From assembly GCA_003344405.1 (NCBI GenBank), contig NOWV01000105.1, forward strand, positions 1-64,000: 64,000 nucleotides of DNA, in the 5' to 3' direction. This DNA is from Trichoplax sp. H2 (lineage: Eukaryota). The notes under the pieces were generated by a model. It was given only the letters and a program-made list of their open reading frames with translations. It was not told where the DNA came from and searched no databases. The translations under genes and the position numbers were made by a program. This document shows, piece by piece, positions 1-12,500 of this stretch. Position 1 is the stretch's first letter, and the number at the start of each line of letters is the position of its first letter.

Positions 1-10
1 TCCATATTCC

Positions 11-273
11 CCTAGCATGGGCCGTTGTAGTTTATCATTGAACAGCATGAAAATGCCCTTCATAACCACAAGACATGGAAAGCAAGGATCGAGAATGGAG
101 TCCGATCCATCCATCCATTTATAACATTCATAACCGCAAGACATGCAAAGTAAGCCTTTCCATGTTCTCCTAGCATGGCCGTTGTAGTTTATTATTGAAC
201 AGCTTGAAAATGCCCTTCATAACCACAAGACATGGAAAGCAAGGATCGAAAATAGAGTCTGATCCATGCATCC
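11..273. repeat. Imperfect direct repeat, two ~105-nt copies about 158 nt apart
   Basis: cctagcatgg(g)ccgttgtagttt...gaaaatgcccttcataaccacaagacatggaaagcaaggatcga...gatccat occurs at ~11-116 and ~169-273, with a partial internal copy (ttcataaccgcaagacatg) at ~127. Confidence 0.85.
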
Positions 274-550
274 TTTTACCCCCTTGAGCTCCATTCTTTT
301 TAGTTCTCTATTCCTGTCGACCATGTTTGTACTCAGCACAATTGAAAAGGATGTTTGTTGTCCATTGCCTATCGTCAAGTTGGAAGATGGATAGTTCTTT
401 CTTTTATTCTACAATTAGCATGGATAAACTAATCTATTATTCATTTCATGTCCATTGCTTAGGAGTGATCCTCCTATCATCCATAGTCAATCAATAGCCA
501 ACAGCAATGATGACATAATATCTCTTCTTTCTTTTATTCACCAATAGTAC

Positions 551-3500
551 ATGTCCGGTTCTGAAACGGCTAGCCTCCATAGTTTAAGGTAAGTTCAGAC
601 TTGAAGCAGTTTCTCTCTTTCTTTCTTTCTCTAGCGGGGGGTAAAATGGATACGATCAAGATGTTCATGTATAGATCTGATTGCATGTCAACATGGCAAT
701 AACAGCAACAAGAAGTACTTTTATCTACTTTTACTACTTATCTCGTGATCAAAACTAGTGTCATAAAACATTAACCGAGATGATATAAAGCTTGGTTTTT
801 CTCTTAGGATAGTTGAACAGTTAATATTACCGCCATTGCCTTCCTATCTCGTGATCAAAACTAGTGTCGTAAAACATTAACCGAGATGATAAATAAATAT
901 AGTATAAAATATAGTATAAGTATATATAGTATAAATGGAAGATCACATAGGCAATATGCAGCTTGGTTTTTCTTTTCCAGTAGTTGAATACTACTGTTAT
1001 CGTCTTCTTATATAGTGATCAAAGCTGATGTAGTAAAAGATGAAAAGAGTTAGTTGAGAATTAACATAGCATGGCTATAGTATCACCGAGAAAGAGCAGT
1101 GAATCATAGGAAAGCGCAAATATTGCCTACGATGATTAAAGCAAAAATTGACCGTAATCATTCTAGTTCTAGTTTAAATGAAATCATACTATCATGATGG
1201 AATAGTTGCCACATAAATAGCGCTCCGTAATGCCAGCGTAAATTGCTTGTTATAATTGCTATGATTGAAATATCCATCTCTCATCATTTGCATTAAGTAA
1301 TTCTAATGTTATCGTATTTGGATCATGCAGTAGTTCAGAAGATTTATGGCTTAGGCAGCCATCCAATGCCAATATTGAAAACGAAGATTTTAGCGATTCC
1401 AATTCCAATGTTATTATTGAATCATGCTTGTAAGTGGAATAAACTAATTTCAACATGGATTTGCCGTTAATTCTGTAAATATAAGAGACGAGTAGGCTAG
1501 CTTTACGATCATTAATATCAGAATCGCATTTGAACATGATAGTATCCGATAGTAATCAATTTCCCAAGACCACACAGTGATTTAAGTTTAATCCATGAGT
1601 AGTCTATCCTTTTTCAATCCAGTATCCCAGTCAGTTCAATAATTTATCATAAACGGCCAATTAGAGTCGTAGTCAACGTAGATCATTTAGATCAATTCTA
1701 GGCGATAGTTTTAGCTATCTACGTTGGATTCGAGGAATATATCGTATGATTACAATTCTCAATCGATGCTAAAAAAAGATTGCAAATAGCACTTTCGCGT
1801 CATTATCCTAAGACACGATAGTTACAAGTCGTAAATCAATCGGCGTAGTTTGCTATAATTAATGATGAAGATTCTTGGTCTACAAAGTTGCAATATGTTT
1901 ATCCAAAAGTATAAAAAGGCTTAATTTCTTTTCTCTAAATGTTATAGGAGAACACTTGAAGAGAAAGGCGTTGTTAACGAGTAAGTTGTCCTATCATCAC
2001 ATTTAGCTTACTATCAACATGTCGACATGATCAAATGCTAAAAATGAAATACCTCAAGTGTGCTTACAGCAAGAAATTATAATTCAGCCATAATCAGAAT
2101 TGAATAGTTTACCATATTGTAATCTTTTTTCACTTCTTAGCGTAAAATAGTTATTTTACTTATTCTCGTGCAATAAAGTTATGAGTTTTAATAACTTGTA
2201 TACTTATTCATATTCTTCTGATATTTACCTTGACTACTACATTAAAATTAAGTTATGAGCATCTGTTATCATAGCATAGTCGTTAGTATTCGATTCTTAG
2301 CCACCCAATTTAATTTTCCTTTAGTAAGAAAATCAAAAGACAAAATTAAAAATACCGCTAACTCAAAAGTGTTTCGTGCACATCATTCAACCTAATTTAT
2401 TGGACTACTTTTAAGGAGAGCTAATTTACAATGATTATTTATAAACTCATTTTTTCAATATTTTACTTAATCTAGCGAGGGTTCCACGCCAAATCCTAAC
2501 ATTTATGCAAGTTTACCTAGTAGAAATAAACTTAACAATACTATCAAAAAGAATAAGTATGATAACGATGAACATGAAAGTGGATGGAATTTCGACATTA
2601 TGACAGCACCATCTAGCGGTAAATAATGATACATGATGGTAAAGTATTGCAAGAATAAAATTCATTTCTTGACAGGAGATTCAATTTACTTTATCTTGCA
2701 ATAAAATCAGTCTACACGCATATTCATTATTGAAGTTGACTTATGTATGATGAAAATAATCAACTATCCTATCGTTTTTGCCTCGTTGTAGATATGAAAG
2801 GAGAAATAAATGATCGAAAATTATCCAATGGAATCGATCATTATGATAAAATTGCATCTAGTCAATTATCCATGGAGCGATCACTCATTCGATCTTCCTA
2901 TACATCTTTACCAAGATCTGGAATTAATTTAATCATACCTGAAGGAGAAAATAGTAAACGCCAGCCATCTTCTAGTCGTGATACAATTCCAACATTGGCA
3001 TCTCCTCGAAAGCAGAAACTATCACTCACTGAAGGCTATTCTACATTAGAACGACAACGCCAAGCTGCATCCAATTATGATTCCTCATCTGTCGATTATG
3101 AATCCTATCCTTCTCGTCGTTATTATCACAAGCAACAATCACAGCCACATCTACAACAACAACAACATGATTTTCATGAGAATGCAAACAATTCAACCAG
3201 CCCACAAGATATTCCATTACAATCGCCATCTTATGAACCTTCTGCAATATCAGATCGATACATCACTTATAAATCCGATGGATTATTACCCGTTCAACGT
3301 AGCAATAGCACTTATAGCAATGAAACAGAAGAAAATTTACCTAGTGGACCACCTAGTATCAAGCAAATGTCTCGATTAAATAGTGAACGATCCAGTAGCG
3401 AATATCAACGAATTAGTAATTTTGCTTATGATTCGACATCAATTTCGTCGCGTGGCCAAAGTAAATATGCAAGAGGTGGCCGCTCTAAACGTTCAGCCAG

Positions 3501-6188
3501 TCAAGATGGATATGGTGAAGGAATACCTGATTATCATACCATGCCATGGACAGCATCTCGCGATAGCCGTAATTTCATGTATGATGTTAATCGTCGTCAA
3601 TCAGATCAATATACTGATCATGAACAACTTTCTATAGAGAGTCAAGGCCATATTATTTTAGTTTCTGATCGTAGTGCAAGTGGTAGGCGAAAAAATAGTA
3701 CACGAAGTGGTGATGGTGGTATTGGTAGCCATCCTACAGGAACCTATGGAAGAGAAGATAACTACTATGCTGCCACTATGCCTAATCGAGATCAACGTGG
3801 TAATAGACCACGAATACGTGGTGATGATCTATTCGACAGTAGTGGATATATTTCTGTTGCTCAGAGACCATCAAGGCAGCAATCGGTTAATGGCCGTATC
3901 TCCAGTGCAACGTCGAGTGTTCGATCGGTGGGTAGTTCACAAAAATATTCATTAACCATCGAAGATGCAGTCAATATGCTCAAGAGTGATAATTCAATCC
4001 ATTCCATTAATGCTGCTGTTCATTTACAACATGCATGCTTTAATAATGATGGGGTGAAAGCAACAATTAAGCGATTAGGTGGTATTCTTCATTTAGTTCG
4101 TATGGTGGATAGCAAGAATGAAGAAATCCAATTAAGTGCCATTGCAACCTTGCGTAATTTAGCTTATGGTAAAGCCAATGATGAAAGCAAAGGTGCTATC
4201 CTTCGCCATAAAGGTATACCAGTTCTTGCTAATGTCTTGCGGCGAACCGGTTCACCCCATGTTCGTGAAGAAATTGTACGTCTATTGTGGAATCTATCAA
4301 CATTAGAAGCTGCTAAAGAACAATTGTTAAATTTAACCTTGGATGTATTAGCTAAATTAATCGAAGATCATTCAATATCAGCTGGTGAAGGCAGTTTATC
4401 CGATACTCAATGGCCAACCATTTATGCCAATGCTACTGGTACATTACGCAATTTATCATCCAGTACCAATCTATCATCTCGACAGATGATGAGAAAATTA
4501 GATCATTTAATTAATGCTCTCATCACAGTCACTCATTTATCGGTACAACGTAAAGATTTCGATGGTAAATGTGTCGAAAATTCGGTCTGTATATTACGCA
4601 ATTTGTCGTATAATTTAGAAGAAGAAGTTGATCATGGTCTTGATATCGCTGAAGGTTATAAAAAAATTAAGCTAAAAAAGAGATCGGTACTTGGTAAGAT
4701 ATTCAATGATCGTAAGACCAATTTAGAAGCTAAAAGTGTCATCTTACCAGAAAATAATCGTAATATTAAAGGCATTGCTATTTTATGGCAAACAAGTACT
4801 ATTGAAGATTATCTAGCTATATTACAGGAAGGTAGAAATACCGATACAATAGAAGCAGTTGTGGGTGCCATTCATAATTTAACCGCTTGCAATTGGAGAT
4901 TTTCTGGTCATATTCGTTATGTTGTTCGTCGTGAGAAAGGAATTTCAATTTTAAGGGATTTAATGCAATTTGAAGATGAAAAAGTATTTACAGCTGTAGT
5001 AACAGCATTGAATAACTTGGCTTTAGATGAGTTTAATAAAGATCTCATTGGCGATATTGCATTAAGCAAATTAATCGATAGAATTCTTGGCCGTAATAAT
5101 CAATTCACTTTAACGGATATCTCTTTATGTAGTCTTATCAAAGCATTATGCGTCTTAATGTATAAAAATAGCAAAAATGCCAATCGTTTAGTTGATAGTG
5201 GTATCTTGCCTCATTTAACAGTTTTATCTAGGAAGAATTCAGGGCGTGGTAGAGATGTGATTAAAGCTTCAAATAGTCTATTATTTACGTTATGGCAATA
5301 TAAGCATATTCGTTCATCGATTAAGAAAGCTAAATGGGATTTAAAAATAATGAAAACATCATTAAAAGAAGCTGCTGAAGTACCTGATGCAATTTATATT
5401 CGTGCTGCGGATATTCCTGATGCAGAATCAGAAGAAGAAGTAAAAAATGGTGATGATCATACCATGACAAGATCAGGCAATGCTAATGTTGCCAATTATG
5501 CTACTGCAACATTAACTAAAAGATCAAAATTGCGTTCTGATGAATATCCCCACGAATCGATACCAGAAGATGAACGTAAGTCAAATTTGTTTATGATTGT
5601 TGTTGCCATCTGTCAATCGAACTATTATGCTCATCTCCATATTCGATCAGTTATACCTATCTATTTCTATGCCTCTTATTGCTAAATTAGAACACAGTCT
5701 TGGTAGGATTACTATAAAATCATGATATATTCGACATAAATGTAATAAATTTTAATGTGATATTATATCCTGTAGTTACATTGCAAAGAATACCATCAAC
5801 CCAGGAAGAAATAGAAGGATCTGTTTTCTCCGGTAGAAAGAGAGCATCCAAATCCAGCGTATTAACCGATCCAAGTCAACAAGGCGTTGATCGCTTAGTG
5901 AGTGTTGGCTCTCATGAACGTAATAGTCTCGGTGACAAAAAAAGTACTCATAGTTCTGATGGTGGAAAATCTCGCCATGCTAGTCGAGACTTTTCACAAC
6001 ATAGTGGTGTGAGAACATCACGTAAAAGTTCCTCTAATAGCCAAAATGAAAATGTTATTTATCAACACAATGGTAGTACAACTTCAAGACAAAATAGTGA
6101 TCAAGCTAAATCTACACCAAGGCATTCATTAAATTCCAAATCGAAAGTTTTAACCGACTATAATGATAACTATAATATGGATGAATAA
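551..6188 (+). CDS. p120/delta-catenin (CTNND/ARVCF/plakophilin-4 subfamily) armadillo-repeat protein, ~1136 aa; hand-built exons 551-588, 1948-1980, 2476-2618, 2792-5575, 5776-6188
   Basis: ORF 2743-5685 has ARM repeats with p120-family motifs (AAVHLQHACF, LRNLAYG, LWNLS, NATGTLRNLSS, KCVENSVCILRNLSY, EAVVGAIHNLTA), preceded by a long Ser/Arg-rich N-terminus. The five exons have GT-AG ends and compatible phases (2,2,1,1), giving MSGSETASLHSLRRTLEEKGVVNDEGSTP...DNYNMDE*. An acceptor-like AG at 546-547 means further upstream exons are possible. Confidence 0.85.
740..891. repeat. Direct repeat of ~46 nt in the first catenin intron
   Basis: atctcgtgatcaaaactagtgtc(a/g)taaaacattaaccgagatgata at ~740-785 and ~846-891, with a more diverged copy at ~960-1040. 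Confidence 0.8.
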
Positions 6189-9100
6189 TTATAAGGGACT
6201 ATTCCAATTTTAATTTATAAAAAAAAAATTCCCATCAGCAATGGTGCTTACCATAATCCATTGGCAGTGAATCATTGGTAGAGCCGTTCCTTTCTAGTAG
6301 GTTGGCTACGTATATTGTATTGACATGCTACCATAACTATTTAGTCAGGATTGCTCAATATAGCACAGTAATTATGATCAATAGCAATAGTTAAATGATA
6401 GTTATAGTATAAAGTGAACAAGTGATTGCGATAGATTTCACAACAATGCATTGACTGCAAAGCTGCAAGCAATTATATTCAACCTAATAACATATACATT
6501 CGCTATATATAGTATATGTAAATCCATCATCATTCTACGTTTTACCATCATTTATAATAAATTTAAAAATGGAATCGTCATCTAAAATATATACACTTAG
6601 ATAGAAAGCAAGTAATCAAATCTATCTCTATTATCATGGATTTGGAATGATTTTTATTATGGTGATGTTCATCGGTGAAGTGGGACAAATATTTTAAATC
6701 AATCTGCCGATGGGATACTTTTGTGTAACTACTCTAAGCTCTGCAAAGCCGTCTCAACTCCAGTAATCCTTCATCTACCATAGTAAAATTAAAATTTTAT
6801 ATGAATGGTTGTACTCCAAGATTGCCAAGACTGCTGTTAGTGTTCAACGACTTGAATACACTAAGTTGCAAATAAAAAAATGGAATGTATGGCCTAGTGA
6901 AATGATTCCCAATATTGATGGAATTTTCATCCATATAGTTGCCAATTTATTTTTTTTTGTATCATCCGCTACGGGCATAGATTGGATCGATATTCTCTAA
7001 TTTGTAAAATCTTTTTCATCAATTTATTTTATCATCTTCAGTACCTACTTAATCTTTAATTTTGAATATCACCTCAATTAAATTGTATAGTTATCTATAA
7101 TCACTATCCATCTATCGCTATAAGCCCATTTTTTTTTTGTTGTTGTTCATATACTGAGATTATAGATCATTTTATTTCAAAATGAATCATGATATAATTA
7201 TTAATCATGGTGTAGCTAATAATAAAATGTCAGAGCCAACATTTTTGTGTCATCATTACTCATCAATGTGATAGATAATCTTTCAGGGGTAATTTGAAAA
7301 AATTTCTGAATGTTATGATTGATTCATATTAACTCATAAAATGAATGCGATGTAATTTCCTGGGTTTGTTAAACTCTTTTGTCATTTACATACTTGTATT
7401 CATAATTACTTACAATAAGCTGCAAGAACGTTTAAATTGCCCATTACTATTACATGATTCTGTTTAAGGTTTTGACTGAGTGATATTTTACAGCATTATC
7501 CGATCTATAAGATCCATTTCTAGCTGATGGCTGCTACAAATATGCATAGTGTCTAAAAGTATCAAACTATCAATTGATGCTTTATCAACTTTTGCTTTTT
7601 GCCAGATGTTAAGTCATACGATTTCTGTTCGCTCCTTTTTTCGATACAATAATGCGCATTTTAAATTATTGCTTTTAACTTGCTAGTAATGCTAATTTTT
7701 ATATCCTAATTGGATATAGATTTTATTTATATATCTATACAATGTAGATACAAATTGTATTTATAGAGTTTTCTATTTGGCCAATCCATGCGAAGATAAC
7801 ATTTAAAAACTATTTGGCGCTTTTGGTTGTTACCTTTAATCAATTTCCGTTCTGAATGCTCATTAACTGGTACTTAACAAGATTTTGCTGTTTTATGGTT
7901 GATTTCTTCTATTACTCTTCTATTATCTAAGAGAAATATACAATCTATAAACTATTATACAATAATTTCAATCATTCACTATCATATAGTCGTGTCGGTT
8001 GTCAGATAGAGTCGTAACTGCACTATGAATTGGCCTTTAATCCAAACGATATTTATCATAAGATCCATTTTTTTTTGGTTCGAATTGAATGTTCATCACT
8101 GTAATGGTTAATAATTAAATCACTAATTGCAAGAGGGAGAATAAAACTTTTAACTACTTGCTATAATAATTTTATAATCTTGTAATCTATGCGTGATATT
8201 TTAACTAGATAGCAAAATATTGCCTTAATATGCCTTCAAATGGTTTGTACAGTTGTATGATTTACGGAACAGTTAGAGGTGAGATCAACGTAAAAAAGAG
8301 CTCCATTCTTTCTATTTACTAACTCTACAAGGTGATGCTAATTTAAAGTATATATTAAGTTACCGAACTAGATTGGCCGCAAAAGTGAGAAAAATTAATT
8401 GTTCTTTAGCGTTAAATATGTGAAACAAGATTAAATCTGAAATTTGATACATAGAGTAACTTCCAATGTTCTCAGAAAACTTTAAAGCCTTGAAAATGCG
8501 TGTAATAGAGTTTAAGCTTGCATATAATAGTTACTATTTAGGATACTGAGATGAGATCTTTGTTATATCTCAGAACAGTTGTTTATGTTAAGCAGTTAAG
8601 TTAATATTATGCTATCAATGGAATGGTCGTATTAACTACTAATAATTCATTTATAAGTTTATTGGTCGATTTAAAATATGAAGATGATGAAAATCTGTAC
8701 TTCACATTCAGAAACTAGATAAAAGATTAAAATAGCTGTGGTATACACGTACAATAAGTATAAAAACTCAAAAATGAGAATATATATTAATTACGGCTAT
8801 ACAGATAACATTTTAAATTTAATACATAAATGTCGATATAAAAGCTGTTACAACACTTTTAAGTATTGTAATGGCTTAAATGCGACCTAAATTTTGTAGA
8901 AACTAGTACTGATGATAAACATTATTCGAAATGTTGAAATAAATTCTATAACTTTCACTTACATTACCGTACCTCTGCAGCTGCTGAATTCTATAAAATT
9001 ATTTTATCTATTGCTTAATAAAGAATATCATTATTTTTCGATTTACTTGTCCATTCAGCTCGATACACGTATATTACTTCGTTCATTTTCACTAACTATT

Positions 9101-9560
9101 TATTTGTGTAAGAAAATGAATAATTTGCTATAATAAGGGTTAAAAATTGAAAATGGCTGGACAGATTACAACCTATGTAGAATGTGAAAATTACTGTACC
9201 CATACAAATGAAATGTTACTGTAAGTTTTGCACAAAATGGTGCAATACTATCATATTTTACAGGATATAGATATATACACACTCGAGATATTTATAGCTA
9301 CTTTTAGCTAATTTTACAAGAATTATTATTAAAGGTAAATCATAATCACCTACATTTCTAGCTATAATTATTGCTATAAGTATATATTACTAATCGTTTC
9401 TAATATCGATAGTAACATTACTATTGCAGTTTAATAGCAGACAATCCTATAGATGGTGGACTAGGTATTCGTAATTTGTTGATCCTTTCTACAACGATGA
9501 AATTAGATCTTTCCGAATGGTTATTGGATTTCATTTTGTATTACTTTCCTTACTGGCTAG

Positions 9561-12500
9561 TTAATCCCAAGGATTCTTGCTTATTTTTGGATGCCGTTCT
9601 AAAAATAACATCATTATAAGTCTTGTATATTCGATATTAACTACTGTCACTATCAGTTATGTATATCCAATGTAATATTAATAATCTAAAGTAATTGTAA
9701 CATTTTGTTTATTGTAAATGCTTTGAGAATTCAATTAGTTTACGCAAAGATGCGTTATAATCGTTACCATTTTTTGTGCTCGATGATTTTCGTCGTTGAT
9801 TTGCTTCATCATCACTGTCAAGAACATGATAACATTAGACAATGCGTGAAAATATAGCAATTGGATAAAATTTAGGTTATTCTTTACATCATACAAACCT
9901 TATCTGCCTTAAATCTTTACGATTAATTCGTACTGGGGCTAGTTTAGGCCCACTCCGGCTTGTTACATCTTCGGTACTTGTGCTACTTTCCGGTCTTGCT
10001 GATCGGGGAGGCTTTGCAGACTTGGATCGTAAATCAGATAAATCTCCGCTTAAGCTATAAGTTCCACCCAGCTTCTCTCTTGACGTCGATGATGAAGGCT
10101 CTGCTGATATCGTTTTTTCTGCCTTTTGATCTTGCTGTGCATTAAGTGTATCACGAACTTTCTTCTTCATTTCTCGGCTTAAGCGTTTGTAATAAAATAA
10201 ATCTTTCTCAAGCTCTTTAATTCGTTGGGTAAGTACTCTAAAGGGTAATTTAAATATGATTTAGTATTTAGTCACGTCAAGTTTCGAGTATTATCATTAT
10301 CTTATTGATCAAAGATGAATAAATGCAAGTATTGGCTTACTCAGTATCCGAAGGAGCAGACGGTTCAGAAGTAGATTTAGATTCTTCTTCTTGATATTTC
10401 GATAGTTGTTTCATGAGATGCTGCATTTTTTTTTCGTATTCCTGATCAAAAGGTAGATCATCGATATTACTTATGATTGAATTTATTGCAAAATTCAACA
10501 ATAGTGTACACATTATTACTAACTTTCTGTTGATACATTAATTTTCTGTCATTTTCATGCTTGGACAACTGTAAGGATAACTCTAATTGTGCAATCGATT
10601 TACCTTGTTCATCAATTTGTAGCTATAAATGAAAAGTAAGAGTATATTGAAAATAAGAGTATCATTTATCACTGGTTAACATAAGTTCCTGTTAACTTTA
10701 AGACTACCGTACTATATGGCAACTGAATGCCAATTTCTTCCTGGAAAGTGAATTATATTATAATTTAATGAAACAGCTCATATCCTACTTTTAGTTGGTC
10801 AATACACTTTTCTTTCCTTTTTTCATCTTCTCTGAGATCGACAACCTGACAAGATCGATTCCTGGTTAAGCTACTATCTCCTTGATAAAGTTGCTAGCGT
10901 AAAGGAGAAAAATTTGTTTGGAAATTTTTCGCCTACCTTATCGATATATTTTTGCAGTAATTCTTTGGATTCAATTTCAGAGATATGGTCTAATCTCTTT
11001 CTTATGGAATGACCAGACTAAAATTATAAGATACAAAAGATAAAAGTGCAATGGATAAATATCATGAAATACCGTTTGAATGTATTCAAATTCATTAAAT
11101 AATTATAATTATTAATATATAATATATATCTATTGGCCGTCGCTCCTACTAGATATTGAATAATTCATTCTATATTGTATTTTTAATAAATTCTAACTTT
11201 TCCTAATTCTTCATCTTCTTGATTGAGAAGTAGTCTCTTCTTTTTCTTGATAGCTTCATTCTTAAACTCGATAGCAGCATTGAGAGCTTCGATGGCTTCA
11301 TCCATTTCTAACAGTCTGCGAATAATCAAATACAGCATTAGCCTAGATAGACATTACCGATATTCAATGATTCCTTTATGACTGACTGCCTAACTTACTT
11401 ATGTTCCTCTTCTGGTGAATTAATACAATTGACTCTTAGATTTTCATCCAATTCATTTCGATTCTTTAATAGTTTCTCCCTATTGTAAAGGAAGTTTAAA
11501 TTTTAGTGTTTTTCTTGTACTATCATTATTAACTTGCATTTATTGGCAATGTAAATATTCATAAACTTAAAGATAAATTTTAGTTAGGATTACTTTTCGT
11601 TGTAAAGCTTGGATATGTCGTTTTGAAGTTGTTGGCTTTTTTGAACTAAAAGTAGACAGAAAATAGCTCATTGATAAGTTAAATTTCAAGTGTCTAAGCA
11701 GCTAACAACTTATAACTAACCACTCATTCGGCTACTTTTATCATCAATATCTTTATCAATGGTGTCAATTTGAGTAGATATTCTTAAAATGTCCTGCGTA
11801 GTTGGTATTTTGGATAGAGAAGGATACAATAGTTAAGTGATTTGAGTACATAATCTTGAAATATTCTGTATATTTCGTATATTTAGATAGTTGATAAGTT
11901 TAGGCAGGAAATACTACAACTGATAGATTGTTTTCGTAATTCTCGTAGTTCCAATCGACAGACATCGGGATGATTTCTAACAAACCTTCGAAATAGCTTG
12001 ACTACTTCGTAGCTTTATTAGTTCTAGGTTGCTTCTTTCCGATAATAAACTTTCCTTATTGGATACAATTTCTTCCCTACGGCGAATTTCCTGTCAAACG
12101 TAATAGAAAGTATAAAAAATCGTTAATAATTCATGTTCTATGCAAGAGTAGTAGGATAGACAAGCTTACCTCTTCATAATCTTCCATATCTCTTCTTCTC
12201 TGGATTATCTTTTCTACTTCACTATCTAGCCAAGCCTTTTTCTTATTTAGTTCTTCCCTTTCCATACTCGTATTTAATTTCGGTTTAGCTTGTTCTTCCT
12301 CATATTGCTGTTGTAATTCCTTCAACTTGTCCTGTTGTTGTCGCAAAGTTTCCTAGTACAGGAGATAAATTATAAGTCAAGGCGTAATTTAAAAAAGATT
12401 AACATTTCTTTTTTTACAAAATTTGGATCTTGTCTTACTTCTAGACGAGCTTTTATTTCTGCTTCTTCTTTTAACTTAGCTTTAGAAATGTCTATCTGGG

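Noticed and set aside
1259-1537. 92-aa minus-strand ORF within catenin intron 1
   Set aside because: It has no recognisable family motif or supporting exon structure, so a nested gene cannot be supported.
3041-3955. Short overlapping ORFs inside the catenin exon
   Set aside because: They are off-frame or antisense by-products of the main CDS.
6600-9530. Scattered AG...GT-bounded exon-like segments on the minus strand between the catenin and kinesin genes (e.g. ~7490-7535, ~8970-8990, ~9047-9091)
   Set aside because: I could not join them into a convincing phase-consistent protein or recognise any homology. RNA-seq would be needed.
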